60,077 nucleotides of DNA. It comes from Octopus bimaculoides. Lineage: Eukaryota. The stretch's first letter is position 1. Every line of letters starts with the position of its first letter. Made by a program: the position numbers and the translations under genes. Below, piece by piece: positions 47,490-60,077 of this stretch. The stretch spans positions 90,247,659 through 90,307,735 of the forward strand of contig NC_068984.1 in the NCBI RefSeq assembly GCF_001194135.2. Reading direction: 5' to 3'. The notes below the pieces were generated by a model. That model did not search any database. It was not told where the DNA came from and saw nothing but the letters and a program-made list of their open reading frames with translations.

Positions 47490-48960
47490 CCTCTACATCT
47501 TTCTCAAACCATTTCTGAAATATGTGAAAAGCTTTACCAGGGATGAATTAGACATGCTCAACCACCTCCCGAAGACAATAAATGAAGGAACCCTGCTAGT
47601 ATCATTCAATGTGGTGAACTTGTACACCAATATCCTACACCATTATGGTATAGAATCAATCACCTTCTGGCTGGAAAAATACCCAGAAGAAATCCCAGGA
47701 CACATCAATCACAGATTCATAATTGCAGTACTGAAATTCATCCTACTGAGCAGCTATTTCATGTTCGATACAGTTTACTATCGACAAAATTGTGGAATTG
47801 CAATGGGAACTCGAGCTGCCCCAGTGATTGTGAACCTTGCAATAGGTTACCTAGAACTTAATATATACCAATCATTACTACAAAAATATAGCAGCTCATT
47901 TCATTGCTATTTAAAGGAGAACTGGAAGAGGTATTTAGATGATTGCTTTATACTTTGGAAAGATAGTACGGACAAACTCCTCGATTTCAACATAATGCTC
48001 AACAATATCAATAGCAACATATAATTCACCATGGAACACAGATTCAAAACAATACCTATTATTCAACTCATGCCACCCCAAACACAAACATTAATATATC
48101 TTATAATCTAGCGAAAAGAATCTGTGCTATAGTTTCGGACACCAATACTCTTGAACGAAAACTCCTTGAACTCAGATCAATACTAATCAAGTGACATTAC
48201 CTAATACCATTAATAAATAATAGGATTAAACGAACAAAGGAAATAGACATGTGAACATTAAAGGAAATGAGCATTATAGGAAGCCAACCGAAATACTACA
48301 GCAGACTTAAAAATACTCCTATACATCTCCACACACAACCATAGAAACAATGAGACCTTCAACATTATCATCCAAAATTTACCCATCCTCACAGGAGAAA
48401 AATGAGAAAAATTTTAGGCTCACACAAAATTATCAAGAGCAAAATGCAACCGAAATCATTGAAATAAATATTAACCAACTCAAAACTATATTCATTAACA
48501 ACGGAACCAAAAGTGAAAAAATGCGGTCAGCCTAATTGTGGCACATGCCCCCAGTTTTTGAAGGGTACAGAGTTCCACTTTAAACGAGGTGAAATATTTA
48601 AGATAAAATCAAATTTCAACTGTGCCTCGGAAGACCTAATCTATGCCATTACCTGCTTAGGCTGCGGTAATCATTATATTGGCCAATCAGGAAAGTCACT
48701 CTGTCGAAGAACAACTCTGCACAAAGAACAAATTCGCTACCCACAATACAGACAGTTACAGGTCAGTGAACACATAGAAAGGTGTGCTAGGGAACTTAAT
48801 CCTAACTCCCCTTTATATCAATGTTCACAGAACACCTCAGTTCAGCAAAGAATGAATAAAGAAGCAACAATATATATATACATCCAGCATTTTGGCGTCT
48901 TTTATTAACAATACGGATCACTGGTCAGGAGAAGGGACAGTAGAAAATGTATGGTTCACT
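47490..48960 (+). mobile_element. Penelope-like retroelement (RT + Zn-linker + GIY-YIG), disrupted; Neptune-like
   Basis: LVSFNVVNLYTNI, QNCGIAMGTRAAP, WKRYLDDCF, KCGQPNCGTCP and LIYAITCLGCGNHYIGQSGKSLCRRTTLH; stops and frameshifts between blocks. Confidence 0.92.
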
Positions 48961-50000
48961 CTTTTTCCGGGAGCAATAGTGAAGTGAAACGTTTCAATAG
49001 GAAACTAAATTTATTTCTCGGACTAAGCTATACTGAGAATTTGTATATTGCTGTAAGATGATTGTCATTGATTCCTTGAATATCAAATCATATATGAAGT
49101 GTCGTAGTATAATTAATAAGGTACATTCATCTGTTGTCAATGACTTGGCATTTATATATACACATAATATTCTTTTCAACATGTATTCTCTAATCATTAC
49201 GTATACATTAATTCATTAACTGAATAGGTAAGAACCAATGAAATTTGTGGTACTTAAAGTAGAGTTGCAAAACAATAATAAATTCGTATGTTAAACTTTC
49301 TCAAAATCGTTCTTCTCAAAAATTGTAACATTTCAATGAACAAAAATTAATATCATTTAATAATTCTCTTTTCTGAAACTTATATTAGACATTGATAAAA
49401 TCAACATTAAAATAGTTTTAAATATAGTGAAAGACACCAATATAGTGTATCCAGCGAAGCGAATACTAGGAAATATCTGTGCTGTATTTATGTTGTAAGT
49501 AAAGTGATGATATTTTAGAAATACTGAAACAAACAAATAAAATTCTAATTGCTAATGTTCTCTAAAATAATCTTGATATAGCATCCGAAAGCTAAATAAG
49601 AGTAAACTATATATACAGAAATATATATACACACATACTCAAGTACACACGCACATTAACATATATTAATACATACCGAGAGAGCGATATACAATGACAC
49701 ACACATATGTGTAAGTGCGCACGCACACGGGGACGATCTTCATGCTCTGCTAATAGACCGGATTTACAGAATTTTGCTTTCTCTAGACTCTTTTCTTAGA
49801 CTTTTGTGATTACAAGATATAAATCTCATTACATACTTCAATAAATCAATAAGTATGGAATTAATTCAGAATTCAGGCTCAGGCTGCAACAGCAAGAAGT
49901 TCCTTATAAGTTTTCTGTAGCAAGCATTAAAAAGGTTATTTTGAAATATCCCTGCACATTATGTTAATGGTTATTTTCGATCTTATTTCATGTTTACTAG

Positions 50001-50058
50001 ATATTGACACTTAGTATTGGTTCGAGCTGTTCGGACAGGCAGTCATGAATGATAGCCA
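50001..50058 (+). other. Candidate small exon containing a possible start codon (M-N-D-S)
   Basis: tcttatttcatgtttactAG acceptor and CCA|GTGAGT donor at 50059; all three frames have stops upstream of the ATG. Confidence 0.3.
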
Positions 50059-50100
50059 GTGAGTAATATTTTGATATAATTCTCCTATCACCAGTGTTTC

Positions 50101-50183
50101 CCAATGTTGCTCCATCCCCTTCACTACAGTTACGGTTAAGGAATTGCTCACAAAAGACCCAATCACAATTATATTTACCCAAT
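50101..50183 (+). promoter_or_regulatory. Three CCAAT boxes (50101, 50159, 50179)
   Basis: Read directly; function is inferred only. Confidence 0.2.
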
Positions 50184-50665
50184 CGACTGATCATATTTAA
50201 CTGCTATGCTGCTCTATTTAACTGACTTCAGATTCGTAGTGATACATGCAAGTAATAGAATACTAAAGCAAAAAATAGGTCTACAATTGTCATTTAAATG
50301 GAATATTCCATTTGTTTTACTTCTGAAACGGGGAAATTTTCTTCCATATAGAGTTATTTTGTAATAATGATAATTAAAATTCAATTTTAGAATTACATAT
50401 AATCTGTGTATCTCGTAATTATGATGAAAATTTTAAAAACCAAAACATTACACTACAAAAGCGTATTTCGATCACGGAGAGACTCCCCCATATAGTGAAG
50501 AGCTTTATTATCATAGAAAAAAATGATGCGCAACATATGTAACATCAGTTGAATTAAGTAATGCATGATGATGATCACCACACACATTCGATTGAGTTGA
50601 AAGAAGCAGAAACAATACACTGAACACAGAATATATTTCTTTCGCTTTAATGGAAATATACATTA

Positions 50666-50678
50666 CAATATGGCTGCC
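50666..50678 (+). promoter_or_regulatory. YY1-like motif CAATATGGCTGCC
   Basis: Close to the CAAxATGGCxGC consensus, in unique sequence. Confidence 0.2.
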
Positions 50679-51368
50679 GCCTCGAACCAGGAAGAATAAT
50701 GGTTTGAATGGGGAAAATGTTTCCGTATACATTTAAAAATGGATATGTAGTTTTTTTACGATGTATAATTCTCTGTCCTTAGTCATTACTATAACTCATG
50801 TTTCTGCTAGCCACGCCACTAGAGTAAAGCAAGTCATTTGTTCTTTCTAACCAGAACAATTGTAGAAAGTAGCTTCAAATTCAATATTCCACTGGCATAT
50901 ACGAGTGATTGCCATGTCGTAAACCCATACGAATTCTCTAACAGAAACATAGCGATATTTTGGTGGAGGGCTTATAGCACTCATTGCAGTCAGTAATACT
51001 AGTAAATGGTTTGGCCAGTCTGCTTCAATCCTATTCAATTACATTCACACACATATACATTTATATAGATTGATATACATACATACTTGCATGTATACGT
51101 ATATTTGCATGGGTGTGTATATATATATATATATATATCTGCGATCCATGGGACGAGCCGTTTTAACGTTGCGTCCTGCCCGAAGCTCGTCGAAACGCCG
51201 GTGTTAAAACGTGGGTAGCTGATGAAGTAGAATGTTCTCTATGTGGTTCGTGTGTTCTCGTCTACGTTTGTTTGCAATGTCCTGTACCCAGCTATGCACC
51301 TATACATACAGGTGGATGTCGGTATGCACATACCTGTACGTATACATGCATATACTCATTTACTTTTG

Positions 51369-51414
<46 letters not shown>

Positions 51415-51502
51415 CATACATATACACATATATACACACTCACATACATATATATATATACACATACATACACACTCACGCATACATACATACATACATA
51501 CA

Positions 51503-51534
<32 letters not shown>

Positions 51535-51580
51535 AGCGCATATACTCAGGCTTGTGTGTGCGCGCGCACGCACGCACGCG

Positions 51581-51691
<111 letters not shown>

Positions 51692-51692
51692 C

Positions 51693-51924
51693 AGGCGGCG
51701 AGCTGGCAGAAACGTTAGCACGCCGGGCGAAATGCTTAGCAGTATTTCATCTGCTGCTACGTTCTGAGTTCAAATTCCGCCGAGGTCGACTTTGCCTTTC
51801 ATCCTTTCGGGGTCGATTAAATAAGTACCAGTTACGCACTGGGATCGATATAATCGAAGTAATCCATTTGTCTGTCCGTGTTTGTCCCCTCTGTGTGTAG
51901 CCCCTTGTGCGTAATAAAGAAATA
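51693..51924 (+). mobile_element. Family-B SINE, complete, long-tail variant
   Basis: AGGCGGCGAGCTGGCAGAAACGTTAGC...GAGTTCAAATTCCGCC... ending GTAATAAAGAAATA; same tail as 34879-35110. Confidence 0.93.
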
Positions 51925-52084
51925 ACAGATCAGTGTATCGGCCAGACTATCGGTCGTTGCTATCGACCACTAGTTACAATACACTTCCTCTTAGTGTTTC
52001 AACTTTCGAATAATGCCACCTCGCTGGCCAAGCTGACAGGTCAACACCACTCCTGAACGCAACGACACTCCGTCGCAAAATTAT

Positions 52085-52152
52085 CCATTTACAGCTGAGT
52101 TGACAGAGCAACGTGAAATGAAGTGTTTTGCTAAAAGCGACAACGCACCGCC
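52085..52152 (-). mobile_element. SINE central-domain fragment
   Basis: Minus strand GCGTTGTCGCTTTTAGCAAAACACTTCATTTCACGTTGCTC..CTCAGCTG resembles the CCTTGRGCAAG.CACTT-type central SINE domain. Confidence 0.45.
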
Positions 52153-52499
52153 GATATGAGCATACATATAAAACGCACCATGCGCTGTCACACACATACG
52201 CACGCACACACACGCGCTCGCGTGCACACACATACACACACACACACAGATATATATATATATGATTTTTTTCTTTCTCTCTGCTTCCTTTTTCGTTCTC
52301 TCTCCATTTTTCCCTCTCAATCCTTTCTGTCAAAGAGTGGGGGCTCGAAACGGATTTGGGATTTGGTGGTGGAAATTAACTTCGGATGTCGTATCCTTTA
52401 TAACTTGCCCTCTTATATAGGATATTATATTATATAGTATAATGTGTTACATTATATATATTATATGCTATATATTATGCTATGTGATGTATTATATGT

Positions 52500-53146
52500 A
52501 ATATTACCCGATGGCAATCCCTGCCTAGTTAGCCTGACTTCATCCTATTTGGTAATTACACTATTCTTTCCTTTTATGAATTTCTACCCTATCAGTCATA
52601 TTAAGTATATTTGTAATGATTTTGAGATAGTAAGTCTTCCTTCACTAAATCTTATACCTCCTAAGAGCTATAAAATCATATATACAATAGTACCTGTAAT
52701 ATTATAACTCACAAGACTAATTTGGTATGAATACCTTAAACTGTCTTCATTATTTCCATACCTATTACCCCTTTTTAGGTTATTTTTATCTTTTCCTGCA
52801 TTTTATTTTAATCCACTGTCTTTATATATATTTCTTATTGTTTTCTATAAATTCTTATCATTTTGATTTCTTATTTTGGCATGTTTACCTTATTAATCAC
52901 TTATCATATTGATTTTTATATTTTGCATTCCTATTTATCTTCGCATATACTGGTATAGCATTTTATGAATCGTTGAGCATGTTGCATCTCCTTTCCGCAT
53001 GCATGTAGGTTAAGATGTGATTCAATATGGTTCTTGAATTGATATTTTTCAGTTACTTATATTTACACCAATTAATTATACTATATTCTTTATATAAGCG
53101 TATATATATATATATNNNNNNNNNNNNNNNNNNNNNNNNNNNNNNN

Positions 53147-53184
<38 letters not shown>

Positions 53185-54000
53185 AATCCCTTTTTGTATA
53201 TGTATCTATATGCCTTATTTTTATACTATTACACCTACTTATACCAGTACACATTTTTTCTTGTATACTTATATTTAATTATGTCTCCATATTATCATTT
53301 ATCTTATTATCCTGCTCCTGATTCCTTACTTTCGATCAATAGATAGTATGTATACTTTTCCAGATAAATTCCATATGTAAGTGGTTTGAGTGATCTTTAT
53401 AGTGACCACCTAATAATTAACTAAAGATGGGGTATTTGGTTGATTCCACATAATAATCTTCTTTTAATGTTCAAATCGATCTATAGATCCCTTTTAGCTA
53501 ACTTGGTTATAGAATTTATTTCTATATATTTTTTTTTATTTTATAAAACATAAAATTATTGTTTATAAACATTCTCCCACTGTTTTCCTGGATCCCATTG
53601 TAGCATCCTAAGTTTCATAGTGCTTGCCCCTTTATCTTGTAACAACATCATGAATTAAGGCCATCCATACCCTTTCTTTTATGGATAATTACTACTATCT
53701 AATTGACTTTTTCTAAAATGTTGTTTCTTTTTCTTGTGAGTTTGGGCGGGGGTACCTGTGATAGTATGAAATTTATGACCAACAGCCAGCCATGAGCTGT
53801 CAACTCACTTTGCTCTTTATTCTAAATATACGCAGTCTTTTGGTCTTAGATTTTTGTTGATGATAAGGAGATACATAAATTGGAAATGAATCACAACCCT
53901 ATGAACCCCACTGTGTTCCATACCACTCTAAAAATTGTAGTTTTGTACTTCTCTTAGCTATTTTTGCTACAATAGTTACAACTTGAAATTTTCCGTCCTC
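52500..54000 (-). mobile_element. Possible highly decayed Penelope-like element
   Basis: Minus-strand remnants PPKTHK (LPKxHK-like) and ATMGSR (AMGS-like) in the expected order; no intact frame. Confidence 0.3.
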
Positions 54001-55109
54001 TTGCTCAGTTAAAATATTCAAGGTAAATTATATTAATATATCTTATCTGTTGAAAATCCATATTTGTACAACGGAAGATAGCACTATATCTAAATTGATG
54101 TAATGATTGCATTCTTCCGTTAAATGGAGTCGCTTGGAACGGTCGTACAGCATTACTACTTGACATTCTGTTACCTATTTTGATTTTATTCACGTTACTT
54201 CGAGCTGTGCGGATAATACTGGACTGACTTGGTGCTTCAACTTAAGTACCTAATTCAACTAAATCTTAATTAATTATATATATGTGTGTGTGCGTGTTTG
54301 TATATATATATATATATNNNNNNNNNNNNNNNNNNNNNNNNNNNNNNNNNNNNNNNNNNNNNNNNNNNNNNNNNNNNNNNNNNNNNNNNNNNNNNNNNNN
54401 NNNNNNNNNNNNNNNNNNNNNNNNNNNNNNNNNNNNNNNNNNNNNNNNNNNNNNNNNNNNNNNNNNNNNNNNNNNNNNNNNNNNNNNNNNNNNNNNNNNN
54501 NNNNNNNNNNNNNNNNNNNNNNNNNNNNNNNNNNNNNNNNNNNNNNNNNNNNNNNNNNNNNNNNNNNNNNNNNNNNNNNNNNNNNNNNNNNNNNNNNNNN
54601 NNNNNNNNNNNNNNNNNNNNNNNNNNNNNNNNNNNNNNNNNNNNNNNNNNNNNNNNNNNNNNNNNNNNNNNNNNNNNNNNNNNNNNNNNNNNNNNNNNNN
54701 NNNNNNNNNNNNNNNNNNNNNNNNNNNNNNNNNNNNNNNNNNNNNNNNNNNNNNNNNNNNNNNNNNNNNNNGTGGTAGAGACTAGAAGAAGAACAACAGC
54801 AAAAATAAGATAGAAATAAAAATAAAAAATACAATTGAAATCAAAATATAAATAAAAATAAAAATAAAATACAAATAAGGGTACAGCAGGGAAAAAAATA
54901 ATAATAGTAGTAAAAAAGAATACATAAATGAAGGTATAGCATGTGGGACATGCAAAATTATAAAAAACATATATGTCAAAAAACCCTTAAAAATACAAGG
55001 CACCCAAAAAGCCTACAAACATTATAGATAGGTCGCTATATATATACATATATATATATATTATATACGTATGTATATATGTGTGTAACTTTTTTTTACA
55101 AAATTTGGA

Positions 55110-58100
55110 TGGAACTTGAACATTTCATGTAGGAATGTGTGCACTTTGTTGGATAACAAGAGTGATTGTAGGCCTCAAAGACGCACTGTACTTGTTGCTC
55201 GCGAGCTGAAAGCTATAACATTGATATAGCTGCATTTTCAGATATTCGTATAGGTGATGGCCAACTTGAGGAAGTAGGAGGTGGATACACCTTTTTGGGA
55301 AGGGGAGGCTGAAGGAGGAGAGCAGAGAGGCTGGTGTTGGCTTTGCAGTTCGATATGATATCCTTAAGAAGTTGGAGGAGCACCCTGTTCCTATAAATGA
55401 ACGTCTAATGACTCTACGATTGCACCTGAAAGGTGGGCGGCTTGCTACTCTAATACGTGCCTATGCACCTACTTTGACTAGTTGTGATAATTTTTATACC
55501 CAGCTGAGAACCATACTAAGGAAAATCCCCAATTCTGATAAAGTCATTTTACTGGGGGATTTCTATGCCAGGGTTAGAACAGACTGGCAAAGATGGAACT
55601 CTATAGGACGTTTTGGTGAATGGAAAATGAATAGTAATGGTCTCATGCTGCTGGAACTCTGTGATGAACATGGACTTTACATCGCAAGCACTCATTTAAT
55701 GCACAAAGGTGATCACACAACAACGTGGTTGCATTCAAGGTCTAAAATTTGGCACTTACCAGATTATGTCATCATCCGCAAGCATGATATTTATGACATT
55801 TGTAATGTCAAGCCCTTTCATGGATCAGAATGCTGGATAGATCACAATATGGTGTGAACAACGTTCCCGATGATGATTAAAGTGAAAGAGAGAAGAGGGC
55901 CAGTTGGCAATCCTCGGCGTCTGAATATCCACAAGATATATAATGCTGTGTTGAGAAAAGAGCTTCAGATTCGCTTATCCAACATTGAAAATACTACAGT
56001 ATGGGAAGATTTTCGAGATCAGGTTCTTCAATATGCTATTGAAACACTGGGATATGCTACTGCCAGACACAGAGACTGGTTTGATGAAAATGATGCTGAA
56101 GTTTAGCGACTATTGGTTATAAAACGCCATGCCCACAATGTATTGCTACACAGAGGACTTTCAGATGTACAGCGATATCTAGCACTTACCCACTATAGCA
56201 GCCTAAAATCATTACTGCAGTGAGATCACTGCAGTAATGTAGAATACTTGGTGGGAGGATCTTGTTTGTGATGTTCAGGCTGCTGCTGATGCAAATGACA
56301 GCAAGAAGCTTTACCGTCTTATGAAGCAAGTTTATGGGCCTAAGAGCTCTGCATCAGCTCCTTTGCTTTCCAAAGAGTCTTCTACTCTATTTACTAAATC
56401 AAAAGAAATCACAGGTTGCTGGATCGAACACTTCTCTGAACTCCTAAACCATGAGTCAGTTGTGGATGAAACAGTGATTGAGAATATGCAACAAAGACCT
56501 ATCATTGGCTCCTAAAATTCAACACCCTCAATAGATGAGGTAATGACAGCAATAAGTAAATTGAATATTGGTGGGGCATTTGGAAGAGATGGAATTTGTG
56601 CTGAGATCTTGCGATTTGGTGGTGATTACATTATACAGTCCCTTCATAAACTTATTAGTGTAGTCTGGAGGGGTGGTGCAATGCCTAAGGACTGGAAGAA
56701 TGCAATTATTCTTTCTCTCTATAAAGGAAAAGGAGCCAGAACAATGTGTGGCAACTACAGAGGTATTGCTCTACTATCAGCTGCTGGCACGGTTCTGGCA
56801 AATATTCTTCTTACCCGCCTGAATGGGTGTCTCGTAAATGATGTCCTATCAGAATCTCAGTGTGGTTTCCGATCTGGTAGAGGGACAATGGATACGATTT
56901 TCACAGCAAGACAGATGCAGGAGAAGTGCTATGAGCAGAATATGGATCTTGTCCAGGTATTCCTTGATTTAACTAAGGTCTTTGAATAGGGCCTTGCTAT
57001 GGAAAATACTTGACAAACTGGGATGTCAGGATTACTTTGTATCTATAATCAAATCATTTCATGATGGGATGTAGGCTTGGGTCAATGTTGATGGTGGCAT
57101 AGCGGGACTCATTCCTGTAGAGAATGGTGTCAAGCAGGGTGACATCCTCGCCCCCACTTTCTCTTCTTTGTACTTTGCTGTTGCTTTTACTCATGCTTTT
57201 GCTAGGGTTAGTGCTCTGGGAATATATGCCAGGTATCGATCTTCTCATACAGTGGATGACATGCAAATACTTATGAATCGTATTTCTGCTTCTTGCAAGA
57301 TATTTGGACTCAGCATTAGCCTGGACAAGACTGTTATAATATTCCAGCCTGCACCAGGAAATCCATATGTTGAACCAGCTATCTTGGTTGAAGGAACAAT
57401 TCTGAAAGTGTTAGATAAGTTTGTCTACCTGGGCAGCACACTCAGCCGTTCTTGCTCCCTGGATGATGAAATATCTTTCAAGCTGCATAGAGCAACTGAT
57501 TCCTTCCGGTCTCTAGAGTTTCGTGTTTGGTCCCAGCACAACATCACAAGGTAAACAAGAATTGCTGCGTACCGTGCATGTGTACTGACATCGCTTCTTT
57601 ACTCATGTGAGACATGGACCCTTTACAAACGTCATGTAAAGATTCTTGAACGCTTCCAACAGAGATGTCTGAGACACATTCTGAATGTCGGCTGGACCTT
57701 AAAACCTCTAGACACATACGTCTTGAGGAACGCTGATATCTTGAGTATTGAGGTCATGGTGGATAAGCACCGGTTATGTTGGACTGGACACCTTATTAGA
57801 ATGAAGGATATCAGGATATCTAAACAGATGTTATATGCAGAAACCAAAGCTGCAATTTAAGGACTTATCAAGTCCTCATTAAAGGCCTGTGATATGCAGG
57901 AGACCGACTGGGAGAGCAATGCCTATCATCGCCACAAATGTAGGAGTTAAGGAGTGGGTCGACACCTTTGAAGGAGCACATATTCTTCATGAAGAATTTA
58001 AGCGTGCTGCTCGAAAGCGCACTGCTGACGTAGTGAATGGGGAAAGCTTGGTTTGCAACGTTTGTAGTCGTGTATACTTGTCAAGAGCAGGGCTCCTTAG

Positions 58101-58203
58101 CCACTAACAGAGCCGCAAATGTAAAATATAAGTTAGTCCTAGAGCGCATAATGTTCCTAAAGGCCAGCAATGGTCTTCCTTGGTCACGAGTGGACGCCCA
58201 TCA
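55110..58203 (+). mobile_element. Near-full-length decayed RTE (BovB-like) LINE: APE endonuclease, RT, C-terminal C2H2 finger
   Basis: NVRTLL-like start, GVGFAV, INERLMTLRL, YAPTL, LLGDFYARV, GNYRGIALLS, ESQCGFRSGRGT, GVKQGDILAP, FVYLGS, LVCNVCSRVYLSRAGLLSH; many stops. Confidence 0.95.
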
Positions 58204-58517
58204 TGTATGTATGTATGTATGTATAGATAGATAGATAGATAGAAAGAGAGATACATACATACATACATACATACATACATACATACATACTGACATACAT
58301 ACATACATACATACATACATACATACATACATACATACATACATACTAAATGTGAACTTGCGCAACCACTATTAACCCTGAAGAAGCAAGAGTTGCTCAA
58401 TAATGAGTATATATACCCTTTATTTTTACGGGCAATTAACCCCAAGAAACGGCCATAAGACATTTTAAACTTTCATTTCATTTCATTAATTTCATTTTTA
58501 TTCTGTGAGTCGGACCA

Positions 58518-58553
<36 letters not shown>

Positions 58554-58879
58554 CATCTTCGATATATTTTAATATATTTATGTATCAATGTTCCCATTTG
58601 TATATCTCTTAATGTATCAATTGCTCTACATATTTTTAATGAATTTATATACTTATATATTTTTAATATATCAATATATTTCTATATTTTCAATTTATCA
58701 GTGTATTTTGATATATTCTATATAATAATTAAGTATGTGCTTCTGTTGATTCTTCTATATCAGTTCTATTGATGAAAGTGGGTTGGATTATTGTTTGTGA
58801 ACTGATTTATCTGATGTTATCCTCACTTCTATATTTATTTTTTTGAGAGAAAACAGGAGTTTATCTCGTATTCTTTCTT

Positions 58880-59735
58880 AAATATAATTATATACACATA
58901 CATACATGTCGACAGCGAACTCCTCAGAAAGTACTCACTTCCTGATGACTTTCTATACAACACCAAAACAGCCGGACTAATATACCTAAAAAAAGACCTG
59001 GTTGTGAAACGCTCAGCATGCCAAGAAAAAAGATTATCCATGGTTATGTTCGAAAACTTGAAGAAGCCTCTCTTTGGCTCGTGACCAATACATCACATCT
59101 CACATCGAAGGCTATGAATTTACAATCCAAGAACTGGAGATGGCTACGAAATAACTAATACACAAAAGGGACAATGAATTCCTTGGAGCTCCAAGACGCA
59201 ACCGAAAATGTAGATTATGCTATATTTCTGTGGAAGACATCATACATGTGATTAGCGCTACCCAAAAATGTCATCAAGGTACTACTTCCTTATGTGATAT
59301 GACGTTGTCGCAATAACAATATACAATGCCATTCGGAGAAAAAAAAACTGTCCAGGAATAAATATAGACAATTCCCCTATTATCGCAAACATCAACACAT
59401 GAAATATTGTTGAAACATTTCCATAAACACACAAGAAAAAGTGTTTACAATCATGGCGGTTACCTGTCCTGCTGATGTGAAAATATCTCCGAAAATCAAA
59501 GAGGAAGAGGAAAACTATGGACAACTGCTTCGAAACCTCCTATATTCAGATTATGAATTCACATTTATACCAATAATAATCGGAGAACTTCGTTTTGTGA
59601 GTAATTATGTAAGTAACAATCTAGATAAGCTAGAGTTTTCAGAAAAAGAAAACCAACCAGCTAACTCGTACATTGCAAATATAATCTGTATGTGGAAATG
59701 TAGCAATATGCAAGACTTTTCTCGAGTTTAAAATG
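58880..59735 (+). mobile_element. Decayed R4/Dong-type 3' region (endonuclease)
   Basis: AVTCPADV..KEEEENYGQL..YEFTFIPIIIG resembles the RLE C-terminus; upstream portion degenerate. Confidence 0.6.
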
Positions 59736-59761
59736 TGACATTGATTTTGTTATCTACATTA

Positions 59762-60077
59762 TCTATAATATAAATTGAAGTTGGCCGACCGTTGTATTCT
59801 TTCTTGTCTTGAGGTTCACGGCCAAACGGCTGGGTGGAATCGCGTGACAAATGGCACACATGTGGAGACGGGTGCATAGATTGGAACGCGCTTTCTATTT
59901 TTTCCTAGCCCCCATACTTACAGAGAAAATTGATTAAAACAACCTGCGTGCGTGCGTGTATATGAATGTGTGTCACTGAAGCCATTCATACATATATACA
60001 TAATAAATAAATAAATTGAATGATAAATTTCATTTATCTCTCTCTCTCTTTCTTTCTCTCTCTCTCTCTCTCTCTCT
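59762..60077 (+). mobile_element. Helitron-like non-autonomous element 5' end
   Basis: A|TCTATAATATAAA start and AAACGGCTGGGTGG..GGCACACATGT segment typical of invertebrate Helitron-derived repeats; homolog at 43945-44222. Confidence 0.55.

Noticed and set aside
52450-52520. GLPSG read on the minus strand as an RNA-virus RdRP motif
   Set aside because: A five-residue match amid stops with no other RdRP motifs.

Overview
This is AT-rich eukaryotic DNA, dense in microsatellites and repeats, with 11 assembly gaps that mostly abut microsatellites. The SINE and LINE repertoire suggests a coleoid cephalopod, probably Octopus (inference from recognition, not from a search). No intact host protein-coding gene, rRNA, true tRNA gene or CRISPR array could be supported. 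The window is mainly decayed mobile DNA: many R4/Dong-type non-LTR fragments sitting in (TAA)n/(GAA)n tracts, two RTE LINEs, one L1/Tx1-like LINE, several Penelope-like (PLE) RT/GIY-YIG fragments, four mariner relics, three tRNA-derived SINE families, two Helitron-like ends and a 589-bp foldback element. Most long ORFs in the ORF track are artefacts of N-runs or microsatellites. The most interesting signals are RNA-level. They are (i) two minimal hammerhead-ribozyme motifs about 135 bp apart behind a PLE-like ORF end (35.6-35.9 kb), with further decayed hammerhead halves elsewhere; (ii) a full-length U6 snRNA pseudogene fused directly to the 5' end of a tRNA-SINE (16.6-17.0 kb); and (iii) a nested-pseudoknot motif with HDV-like topology and hammerhead-like parts (51.15-51.23 kb). 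Isolated strong splice signals and promoter motifs at 2-6.7 kb and 50-50.7 kb hint at small exons of host transcripts, but these are low-confidence.
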